Shown here one piece after another: positions 55,899 through 64,000 of a DNA stretch of 64,000 nucleotides. Position numbers and translations under genes: made by a program. Numbering within the stretch: the first letter of the stretch is position 1; each line of letters begins with the position of its first letter. The notes beneath the pieces are model-generated. The model was not told the origin of the DNA. It did not search any database and was given only the letters and a program-made list of their open reading frames with translations. The stretch lies in assembly GCA_963709535.1 (NCBI GenBank), contig CAVPWY010000019.1:19057-83056 (forward strand), read 5' to 3'. The DNA comes from an uncultured Chloroflexia bacterium. GTDB taxonomy: Bacteria > Chloroflexota > Anaerolineae > Anaerolineales > Anaerolineaceae.

Positions 55899-56312
55899 AT
55901 GGCTGAAACAAACCCGGAATATCCCATCCTGGAATTGCGTGTCGCCCTCACCACAAAGGATTACGAACGCTCGTTGAAATTCTACTGCGAAGGGCTTGGC
56001 ATTGAACCGGCGCAAATTTGGAACAACGGCCAGGGTCGGGCATTGATCCTCGATATGGGGCATGCCACGCTGGAGATCTTTGACGAAACCCAGGCGCAGA
56101 CCATCGACCAGATCGAGACCGGGCAGCGGGTCAGCGGGCAAATACGCTTTGCGCTCCAGGTCCCGGATGTGAACGCCGCCATGGAGCGGCTGCTGGCGCA
56201 CGGAGCCATTTGCGTTCATCCTCCGGTCGTCACCCCGTGGGGCGATATCAACGTCCGCATGCAGGATCCCGATGGCATGCAGATCACCCTCTTCCAGAAA
56301 CCTGATAAGTAA
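55899..56312 (+). CDS. VOC family protein
   Basis: Glyoxalase-like fold pattern; start 4 nt after the upstream stop. Confidence 0.7.
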   Translation: MAETNPEYPILELRVALTTKDYERSLKFYCEGLGIEPAQIWNNGQGRALILDMGHATLEIFDETQAQTIDQIETGQRVSGQIRFALQVPDVNAAMERLLAHGAICVHPPVVTPWGDINVRMQDPDGMQITLFQKPDK

Positions 56313-56335
56313 GCCTGTTTTGATATCTGTTATAA

Positions 56336-56920
56336 ATGATGGAGAGGACCATGCTGATCAAATTGTCTGATCGGATCACCCGAATTACGAATGGCAGGAT
56401 AGCCCTGGCATGCCTGGTGATCTTTTTGGCCTTCACCATCATAGTACTGCCCGCTCAATCCGCAAAAGCAAGGTTATATAGTGGGACTGCCGGATCGCCT
56501 GATACGACGTTTTTCTACACCGCAGGCGATCTATATAAAACTGCCGAAACTTATGGTCAGGCAGGGCGCAGTGAATATATTAAAGCCCGCTTTACCTTTG
56601 ATTTGATCTGGCCCCTGGTATACCTGGCTTTCCTCACCACTGCCATTAGCTGGTTGTATCACAGGCTGGATCTGGATGGTGAATTGTGGAAGCGGGTAAA
56701 CCTGGTCCCTATTTTCGGAGTCCTGTTCGATTACCTGGAGAATATTTCCACCTCGATTGTTATGGCACGGTACCCGGACCTCACACCGATCATTTCTTCC
56801 CTTGCGCCGGTTTTTACTTTTGTGAAATGGATCCTGATGGGCTGCAGCTTATGTATTGCTTATGTATGGGTCGGTAAGGGTGATATGGAAGCTGCTGAAG
56901 GCAAAGTGATCTTCACCTGA
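56336..56920 (+). CDS. membrane protein, unknown function
   Basis: 194-aa hydrophobic ORF. Confidence 0.5.
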   Translation: MMERTMLIKLSDRITRITNGRIALACLVIFLAFTIIVLPAQSAKARLYSGTAGSPDTTFFYTAGDLYKTAETYGQAGRSEYIKARFTFDLIWPLVYLAFLTTAISWLYHRLDLDGELWKRVNLVPIFGVLFDYLENISTSIVMARYPDLTPIISSLAPVFTFVKWILMGCSLCIAYVWVGKGDMEAAEGKVIFT

Positions 56921-57110
56921 GTTAAATTGTAGAATTCACAGGTTTCTGTAGAGCGATCCAGTCCCGAAAAAATCCTGTAAACAATACACTATTACTCCTC
57001 GATCTCAAACCTGCACGCGCCTGCGCGCGGGGAATCGATTTCCATTCACATTCCACAACCATTCGCATCACATCCCGCCCGGTTATAAACTTACTATTAA
57101 TGGAGACACA

Positions 57111-57707
57111 ATGGGAAAATTAAATGCATATCTATTCACCACCCTGAACGGGTATTTTGAATCCCCGAAGGGAAATATCAGCTGGCACATGCATGCCGAA
57201 GAAGAAAATGAATATGCCGCGGAAAATGCACAGTCCGGGAATACCCTGCTGTTTGGACGCATCACTTACCAGATGATGGCCGGCTTCTGGCCGACACCGG
57301 AAGCGCTCAAGAATTCTCCTGCCCTCGCAGAAGGGATGAACAAGTCCGATAAGATCGTCTTCTCGCGCACACTGCAAAAGGCGGATTGGAACAATACCCG
57401 GCTGATCAAGGACAACATTTTTGAAGAGATCCGCAGGTTGAAGCAGGACTCTTCCATTAATATGACCATCCTGGGCAGCGGCAGCATCGTCACCCAGTTC
57501 GCCGAACATGGCCTGCTCGACTCGCTTCAGATCATGATCGATCCGGTAGTACTGGGCAGCGGAACACCCATCTTCCAGGGGTTGAAAGACAAGTTGAACC
57601 TGAAGCTGACCGCATTCAAGGGTATTCAAGAACGGGATCGTTTTATTGGATTACGAGCCTTTGTATTAATACCGGTCCGGCTTTCATTACTTGTATGGTC
57701 GGGTTGA
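57111..57707 (+). CDS. dihydrofolate reductase-family protein (RibD C-terminal domain-like)
   Basis: LNAYLFTTLNGYFESP...LLFGRITYQMMAGFWP...MTILGSGSIVTQF. Confidence 0.7.
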   Translation: MGKLNAYLFTTLNGYFESPKGNISWHMHAEEENEYAAENAQSGNTLLFGRITYQMMAGFWPTPEALKNSPALAEGMNKSDKIVFSRTLQKADWNNTRLIKDNIFEEIRRLKQDSSINMTILGSGSIVTQFAEHGLLDSLQIMIDPVVLGSGTPIFQGLKDKLNLKLTAFKGIQERDRFIGLRAFVLIPVRLSLLVWSG

Positions 57708-58544
57708 GCCGGTTCCCGAGACATCCTGAGCCTGTCGAAGGACGACGAGGGATTTATCGAAACCCACAGAGATACTTATTTTCCCCGGTACCTCGATCTC
57801 AAACCCGCAGGCTTTCAACTGGTCCAGCAGTTCCGCCGGGTCGCTCAGCCATTGCCCCCACTTGCGCGAGATGTGCTCCGTCCAGGAGTACTCCTTATAA
57901 GTGTAGGTCTCATCCTTCCCCTCGACCTCGATGTCGATCTTGGCTTTCTGCTTGATGTAATATCCCTGTGACAGGTAACCTTCGTCCATGGACTGCATGG
58001 CGCGGGTCACCATCTCGTCGGTCATCTCGGGGTAGCGGTCTTCGAAGAGCGTGTATTCCAACGGGTAGCGCGGGCGGGGCGGATTATCCTCCGCCGGATA
58101 GCCCATCGTCAGCTCCACCAGCGGAAAGACCCGCTGCGGCAGGTGATAGGCTTTCTGTATTCTGGTGGCATTGTAAGGGGTCATCCCCAAAAAGCAGCTT
58201 CCCATCCCCAGGCTTTCAGCGGCGTTCACCATGTTCTCGGCCGCATAAGCCGCATCCTGGATCCCCAGAAACAGCAGGTCCAGGTTGCTGGAGACCGTCT
58301 TCCAGCCGCGGCGGGCCATGATCAACTCCAGCTTGTGCATATCCACGCAGATGGTGAACAGCAGCGGCGCACCAAACGGGTTGCGTTTTTTCCGGTTGAG
58401 CAAAAAGCTGTACATTTGTGAAGCGAAAGGCGCCTGCTGACCTGCCCGCACCACGGCTTCGATCACATCCTCGCCGGGCTGCTGTTTGGTATATTTGCGC
58501 ACGGATTTACGGTTCAACATTCTGGTAATGATGGGGTTTTCCAT
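57687..58544 (-). CDS. nitroreductase-family protein with C-terminal extension
   Basis: RKSVRKYTKQQPGEDVIEAVVRAGQQAPFASQMYSF nitroreductase N-terminus; start at the ATG at 58544 (MENPII) with an AAGGAG RBS. Confidence 0.75.
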   Translation of the reverse strand: MENPIITRMLNRKSVRKYTKQQPGEDVIEAVVRAGQQAPFASQMYSFLLNRKKRNPFGAPLLFTICVDMHKLELIMARRGWKTVSSNLDLLFLGIQDAAYAAENMVNAAESLGMGSCFLGMTPYNATRIQKAYHLPQRVFPLVELTMGYPAEDNPPRPRYPLEYTLFEDRYPEMTDEMVTRAMQSMDEGYLSQGYYIKQKAKIDIEVEGKDETYTYKEYSWTEHISRKWGQWLSDPAELLDQLKACGFEIEVPGKISISVGFDKSLVVLRQAQDVSGTGSTRPYK

Positions 58545-58903
58545 ATCTGCTCCTTGGAAGATGATAAGCTTAGTATATACTAGAGTTAGGATGGGTTGAT
58601 GTGTTTTTGCGAAACACATCAATTTTTTTATATTTTGGAGGAATAGAATCCTTTCAATTTTACAACCTGCATGCATCCAGCCTGCTAACCCTCGCCGAAT
58701 TTCTTAATTTGTTGTGACACTTCCTGCTTCTGTAAAGCATAACGTCCCGGAACAACACAATAGAATTATGAATTCTTTTCCCATTGGAGCGAATGATCCA
58801 AGGGAATAGAGTTATTTACTGAATGACAATTATTTACACGAATATAAGCAAATTTATTCATTAATCATTTATTCGATTTTAAATTTCTCGGGTAAAATTT
58901 TGG

Positions 58904-59681
58904 ATGATAACAAAATACTATTTTGGAGGATACCCGTCAATGAACCAAGACCCCAATATCGATCAGCATTCTGTTGGTAAATCATTACTGCTGCACCTTC
59001 TTCCTGGGATTTTGATCGGCTTATGTTACTTCTTATTGGTTATACCTCTTCACCAGATGGGCTTTCCTTCAATAATGGCATTAATGACTTCATTTGTTTT
59101 GATCCTTGTTCCGGTTGAGCTGGGATATTTGCTATATATTGGAAAGAAAAAGAATGGCCGGTTTTCTCTTCAGGGAATCGTGATGTACCGGTCTCCGATT
59201 CCTGGATGGCAATATTTCGTCTGGGTTCCTGTACTTTTTGTAATTGTTGGGATCATTTTTACAGTAATGAAACCCATAGATGTATTATCTTCAAAATACC
59301 TTTTTTTCCTGGTTACCAGCCATGGAAAGCGGTCTCCAGGAGGGCTTTTCAAAAGGAAACCTCATAATCACATACACAATGGTGGCGATTTTTGGTGCAT
59401 TCATAGGACCAATTGTTGAGGAGTTTTACTTCCGCGGGTTTTTATTGCCCCGCATGAATTATGCGGGTAAGTGGGCGCCGCTTTTAAGCAGTTTTTTGTT
59501 CGCTATCTATCATGTATTTACTCCTTGGATGTTCATCACGCGAACACTGGGGATGCTGCCTTTGGTTTATGCTGTCCGGCGCCGAAATTTGTTTATTAGT
59601 GTCATTGTCCACGTTTTGGTGAATTTGATCGATGTCGTAACCGGAGTAAGTTTTATTCTTGCAATGACAAACACTTTATAA
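58904..59681 (+). CDS. CPBP-family intramembrane metalloprotease (CAAX protease/Abi), frameshifted near 59300
   Basis: EEFYFRGFLLPRM, FAIYHV and VHVLVN motifs in ORF 59280..59681; the N-terminal TM part is in ORF 58904..59419. Confidence 0.7.
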
Positions 59682-59959
59682 AACCAGTTTATAAAATGAA
59701 TTCGGATATTTTACGCCTGCACTTGGTTAGAAATATATCTTACCGTCTTGATTGCCATAATAATGTTGGTTTGACAATTCTTCCCGCTTTTTTGAAACCC
59801 ATCAACAAAAATGGACTCATAAATATTCATGGTTATACTAGATGTATATACAGGAAAATCTGTCCACAGGTGAGGTAACCAGGTATCTCAGATCTGGAAC
59901 GAACACATCTTTCATGTTTACCCTCGCCGAATTTCGAAATTTTTGGTGATGTTATCTAG

Positions 59960-60563
59960 GTGACTCTATGGTTACACCCGGGAAAGATCATCATTCTGAA
60001 TGGTACTTCCAGTTCCGGCAAAACCTGCATCGTCAGGGTATTGCAGAACATCCTGGAAGAACCATACCTCGAAGCCGGGATCGACAAGTTCATCTGGATG
60101 ATGCCGCCGCGTTACCTGGAGCGTCCCCTGTGGGATGATGTGCTCGGGCTGGCTGATCATGCCGGGGAAGCCGGGCATACGCTGGTGGCAGGTATGCACC
60201 AGGCTATCGAAGCCCTTATCGCGGACCGGGAACAATGTGATCGCCGATCATGTCCTGGTCGAACCGGCCTGGCTGGGCGATATCTCCAACCGCCTTTACG
60301 AGCTTCCGGCTTATTTTATCGGCGTGCGCTGTCCATTGGAAGTGCTGGAAAACCGCGAAAAACAGCGCAAGAACCGCACGCTCGGGCAGGCCAGGCTGCA
60401 GTACCACCTGGTGCATATCCCCGGAATATATGACCTCGAAGTCGATACATCCAGGTTCACCCCTGAAGAGTGCGCTGCGCAGATCAAAACACATATTGAC
60501 TCGGGTCAACCTCCTTATGCATTCCGCAAAATTAAAGAGCATTCACTGAAGTCATCACAGTAA
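59960..60563 (+). CDS. chloramphenicol-phosphotransferase-like (CPT-family) P-loop kinase, frameshifted near 60230
   Basis: IILNGTSSSGKTCIVRVL Walker A in ORF 59960..60433. The rest lies in ORF 60135..60563 (GVRCPLEVLENREKQRKNR...YDLEVDTS). Confidence 0.7.
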
Positions 60564-60751
60564 CCATCAGCTAACTCCTCAAGGCAAGCAAATGGTTTCT
60601 GATTATGGTGCAGTGTATAAGGAATACCGGTTAAATTATCCGGTTTTAATACCCTGTCTGTTGATAATAGTAATGTAAGGATGAAGTATGAAGCGGAACC
60701 GGTGGTTGGGAAGCATACATCCACCGGTAAGTAATGTATCGGAGGTAATAT

Positions 60752-60946
60752 ATGAAAATTGCAGCAACCATTTTGAGCATTTTGTTGATCCTGGTTGGAG
60801 CGGTCTGGTATTTACAGGGTATCAACGTGATCGGTGGCAGTGTGATGACCGGTCAGAGCCAGTGGGCGGTGTACGGCTCCATCACCATCGTCATCGGCCT
60901 CATCCTCCTGGTATACACCAACCGGAAAAGGATCTTTCGCGGCTGA
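60752..60946 (+). CDS. small membrane protein (2 TM)
   Basis: 64-aa hydrophobic ORF. Confidence 0.35.
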   Translation: MKIAATILSILLILVGAVWYLQGINVIGGSVMTGQSQWAVYGSITIVIGLILLVYTNRKRIFRG

Positions 60947-61086
60947 ATTTTGGGCTGTGTCAGGCATTCATAATTTTTCATGTACCGCATTTTTGTTGGT
61001 GGGTCAGCCATAAGCAGATCGAATCAAATCACAAACCATCACATGGCTTTTTATTACGGGGGAGTAGTGCAGGCTGTGTATACTCC

Positions 61087-61707
61087 TTACCATAAATTCA
61101 AATGGATGCGTTCGTCCAGGTCAATATTGATCTGAGCCGCGCGATCGGCATTATCAGCCGGGTAACCCAGCGCCAGATAACAGGGAATTTCGTAAGGCTC
61201 CGGCAGGTTGATGAACTGCCGGATCGTTTTACGCTCTGATTCAAATGGAATGCGGGTCACGCCAAAAATACCTTCGGAGGCAGCCGCCACCAGTATATTT
61301 TCGATGCAGCACCAGATGGAAGCAAAAGGGTTGAGTGCTGAGAGGTCGCCGGGCATAAGCAATGGAGTCGGTTGGTTGAAACAGGGCAGGATCAATGCCC
61401 CGGAATTGAAGAGCATTCCATATTGCCTGGGGATTCCATCGATGTACATTTGGCGCTGACTTTCGTTAGTCAATCCCCATCGATTGACAATGCCGGTTGC
61501 GCCTTTTTTCCCCACTGGTTTGATGACCTGATCCAATAGTGCCTTGCGCTGATCTAAATCCTGTAACACGACAAAATGCCATTCCCGCATATGATTGTTT
61601 GTTGGAGCCATCATCCCGGCGGAAATGATCTTTTTGATGATGCTCTGGTCGATGATCCGCGGTGCAAAATCGCGAATGGTCTTCCGTGCTGACATTGCTT
61701 CATATAC
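61087..61707 (-). CDS. nitroreductase-family protein
   Basis: RKTIRDFAPRIIDQSIIKKIISAGMMAPTNNHMREWHFVV; the likely start is the GTG at 61707 after GGAGGG. Confidence 0.75.
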   Translation of the reverse strand, partial: VYEAMSARKTIRDFAPRIIDQSIIKKIISAGMMAPTNNHMREWHFVVLQDLDQRKALLDQVIKPVGKKGATGIVNRWGLTNESQRQMYIDGIPRQYGMLFNSGALILPCFNQPTPLLMPGDLSALNPFASIWCCIENILVAAASEGIFGVTRIPFESERKTIRQFINLPEPYEIPCYLALGYPADNADRAAQINIDLDERIHLNLW

Positions 61708-62245
61708 GTCCACTGGTCCCTCCTGGTTTTGCTGTATTAGTGAAATTGATGTGAAATAATTAAACCATAACATTTTCAGAAACCATAAGTCTTGCATGAT
61801 TCCGCCGTCCACCCATACTCGTGATTTGTTAGTCCAGATTCACCATTTCCTTTATATGGTCGCACAGGATAGCTCTTTGGTCTTTTGCTTATCCTGATCT
61901 TCCGGTTTTCCTCTCAAAGCTCTCTCCTGCTTCTAGTCCATTTGCTTCCATTTGGTCTTCCACCCTTAACTTGTACATAAAACCAGTACCCTTCTGTTGG
62001 TAGTATCCAACTTTGAGGTGCAGTTCAACATTGGAAGGATGTTTTTAATGTCCCGGAAGATATTTCTGGAAAATATAGGTATTTTAGATAAATTATTAGG
62101 GACGTAGATAGTACTTATCCTCTACGATGGAAATGCAGCTGAAATTCGAACTCAGTTCTTTTATTTATGGAACTTGCCTGATCATTGGACCTTTCCCACA
62201 GGCAGATCAATTATATACAAGTTCCATCCACTTCAGGAGGAAGAG

Positions 62246-62656
62246 ATGAAGAATAAATTATTCGCCTTTGTTATTATGATCGTAATGCTTGTCATCATCG
62301 TTGGTTGTTCCCCAAATACCATCGCAGTGGTCAATACACCTGTTCCGGATGCCCAGGCTGGAACTCCTGACCCCACAGGCAAGATCAACGTGCCTGGCTT
62401 TAGTATAGAAGTCAATGCGCCCGGGCAAAATCCATTGGTAAATACAGCCGATTCGGAGAATCATGTTGCCGGAGCCCTCATTGGCGTCTGGCACGGGATC
62501 ATCTCCCCTGTCACCCTGGTAATGTCATTTATCAATCCTAATGTGCAAATGTATGAGGTGTATAACGACGGAAGCCAGTATAACCTGGGTTTCCTCATCG
62601 GCGTGGCTATCGTATTTCTCATCCTTGGCATCACCGCCGGCCGAAGGCGCCACTAA
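62246..62656 (+). CDS. lipoprotein with C-terminal TM anchor, unknown function
   Basis: AGGAGG RBS; signal peptide with lipobox (IIVGCS). Confidence 0.55.
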   Translation: MKNKLFAFVIMIVMLVIIVGCSPNTIAVVNTPVPDAQAGTPDPTGKINVPGFSIEVNAPGQNPLVNTADSENHVAGALIGVWHGIISPVTLVMSFINPNVQMYEVYNDGSQYNLGFLIGVAIVFLILGITAGRRRH

Positions 62657-62762
62657 CAATCACTGTAAGGTCTGGCGATAATGATCTTAATTCCTAAAGA
62701 AAAATTCACGACAGTCCTGTCCCACATACCCATGCTGTGGCAGAGAAAGAAAGGATGATTTT

Positions 62763-63317
62763 ATGCATAAACCTATCATAATGAAGTTCCAATTAGTATC
62801 TATTGTTTCAATACTCGTCTTCTCACTTCTCACCGGCTGTACTATGAACATACCGACCAATGTATGCCACGCCACAGACGATCCGGCAAATCCATATCAG
62901 GAAATCAATGTTACCAGTGAGAATATTCAGGAGCATATCGGCCATCCCAACGATTTAATTCCTGTTCCAGTAGGTGGTTGTCCGTCTGTCCCGGTGGTTA
63001 TCGTCGATGGAAAAATCGCCATCTGCCATGCCACTTCCAGTGAGACAAATCCCTATAATGAGATCTCGATCAGCGTGAATGGATTAAATGGTCATGCCAA
63101 ACATGAAGGCGATCTCTTTCCTGTGCCAGAAGGCGGCTGCCCTGCAACCCTGGTGGATACCAGTGCAGGCAAGATCACAATCTGTCATGCCACCGCCAGT
63201 GAGAAAAATCCATATAACGAGATCACAGTCAGCATAAATGGATTGAATGGTCATGACAAACATGAAGGAGATATCATCCCCGCACCTGAAGGTGGATGCC
63301 CGGTAACCAGGCAATAG
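62763..63317 (+). CDS. lipoprotein made of three tandem Cys/His-rich repeats of about 53 aa, unknown function
   Basis: Lipobox LLTGC followed by three repeats of CHATxxxxNPYxEIxVSxNGLNGHxKHEGDxxPxPEGGCP. The repeats are visible directly in the translation. Confidence 0.65.
   Translation: MHKPIIMKFQLVSIVSILVFSLLTGCTMNIPTNVCHATDDPANPYQEINVTSENIQEHIGHPNDLIPVPVGGCPSVPVVIVDGKIAICHATSSETNPYNEISISVNGLNGHAKHEGDLFPVPEGGCPATLVDTSAGKITICHATASEKNPYNEITVSINGLNGHDKHEGDIIPAPEGGCPVTRQ
62865..63314 (+). repeat. intragenic tandem repeat, period 159 nt, about 2.8 copies
   Basis: Repeat units start at the Cys codons at about 62865, 63024 and 63183. Confidence 0.65.
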
Positions 63318-63463
63318 CTTTCTTCTTTCATTGCTGATGATATTTAAAGCAATTTGACCTCGTACTAACGAAAAGGGTTACCGATCTACTGATCGAAATA
63401 CTATTCGTATTATCGAACAACTATTACTCGTAAATTGATGCTGACAAGAAGGAGATAAATTTT

Positions 63464-64000
63464 ATGTTCCCAATAGGTGATGATGACAGTTCCCGTAGAA
63501 CTGTTCCCATGGTTACTTATGCATTAATCGCGGTGAATGTTCTAATTTTCATTGTAGAACTGACTGGCGGTGATGCGTTTATCATGAAATGGGCTTTCGT
63601 GCCCAAACGTTTTCTTGCCAATCCGGCCGGTGATTTTATAACGTTATTCTCCTCAATGTTCATGCATGCCGGCTGGCTCCACCTGGGAGGCAACATGCTC
63701 TACTTGTGGATCTTCGGTGACAACGTGGAAGACCGTTTTGGCCACCTCAAATTCATACTCTTTTACATAATTTGCGGTCTCGCAGCCACTTTTGCACAGT
63801 TGGCATTCAGCATCGGATCAGATATCCCGAATTTGGGGGCGTCTGGCGCAATTGCTGGAGTTCTCGGCGCTTATATTCTGCTTTTCCCGCAGGGAAAAGT
63901 CAGAGTATTACAGGGTCAACGGGTGATCCAGGTGTCAGCGCTGATCGTCATCGGGTTATGGATCGTTCTGCAGCTATTCAGCGGATTTGGCTCCATTGCT
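63464..64000 (+). CDS. rhomboid-family intramembrane serine protease (partial, runs off window end)
   Basis: AAGGAGA RBS; FMHAGWLHLGGNMLYLWIFG and GASGAIAGVLGAY (catalytic Ser) motifs. Confidence 0.8.
   Translation, partial: MFPIGDDDSSRRTVPMVTYALIAVNVLIFIVELTGGDAFIMKWAFVPKRFLANPAGDFITLFSSMFMHAGWLHLGGNMLYLWIFGDNVEDRFGHLKFILFYIICGLAATFAQLAFSIGSDIPNLGASGAIAGVLGAYILLFPQGKVRVLQGQRVIQVSALIVIGLWIVLQLFSGFGSIA

Noticed and set aside
63084-63314. Minus-strand ORF 63084..63314
   Set aside because: It is antisense to the tandem-repeat lipoprotein, and the repeat itself creates the open frame.
1-64000. Reading the many split genes as real pseudogenes (genome decay) or programmed frame shifting
   Set aside because: The affected genes are otherwise intact, about one in three genes is hit, and the joins I mapped fall in homopolymers. 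Assembly indel error is the simpler explanation, apart from the G8 tract in the regulator, which I flagged separately.
1-64000. CRISPR arrays, rRNA or tRNA genes, transposases, integrases or phage genes
   Set aside because: I scanned for regularly spaced short direct repeats, tRNA-like cloverleaf regions and transposase-like translations and found none. The only repeats are the 53-bp pair at 10122 and 10546, the 16-mer pair and the intragenic coding repeat.

Overview
This is a 64 kb bacterial chromosomal segment of moderate GC content. I found no rRNA genes, no obvious tRNA genes, no CRISPR arrays and no recognisable transposase or integrase; taxon not assignable from sequence. The window is densely coding (about 75 genes) and carries accessory-type content: transporters, detoxification and redox enzymes, regulators and signalling proteins.

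Recognisable genes include:
- A partial C_GCAxxG_C_C protein and a nucleoside-phosphorylase-fold protein.
- Two MFS transporters.
- A MalT/LAL-type LuxR regulator followed by three small ORFs.
- An APH-family kinase.
- A DUF385 protein whose family is known as F420H2-dependent reductases (Ddn-like).
- A CMP/dCMP-type deaminase and GNAT acetyltransferases.
- A PHP phosphoesterase.
- A TetR-controlled, divergently arranged operon: class II aldolase, GSA-aminomutase-like aminotransferase, FGGY kinase and MFS transporter.
- An MBL hydrolase, DHFR-like proteins and a dienelactone hydrolase.
- A REC-PAS-GGDEF-EAL signalling protein.
- A flotillin (SPFH) gene beside a soluble protein with an MCP-like signalling motif.
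- A co-directional run of small-molecule enzymes: group II PLP decarboxylase, ICMT/PEMT-like membrane methyltransferase, SAM methyltransferase, cupin, flavin monooxygenase, M20 and S8 peptidases, ClbS/DfsB-like protein.
- A conserved but uncharacterised cluster of DUF4956, CotH kinase with beta-helix, VTC domain and metallophosphoesterase.
- PhzF, VOC, SnoaL, nitroreductase and Gfo/Idh/MocA proteins.
- A multi-zinc-ribbon protein and a CPBP protease.
- A lipoprotein made of three tandem Cys/His-rich repeats.
- A rhomboid protease, partial at the window end.

One caveat affects every call. At least 25 genes are split into two or three overlapping ORFs by single-base frame shifts, several of them at homopolymers. 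At that density (about one per 2.5 kb) uncorrected indel errors in the assembly are far more likely than true pseudogenes. I have therefore called these as single frameshifted CDSs.

The best candidates for something not yet characterised are:
- The CotH/VTC/DUF4956/phosphoesterase module.
- The TetR-controlled aldolase-aminotransferase-kinase-MFS operon.
- The CHAT...NPY...GGCP repeat lipoprotein.
- The LAL regulator with its downstream small ORFs.
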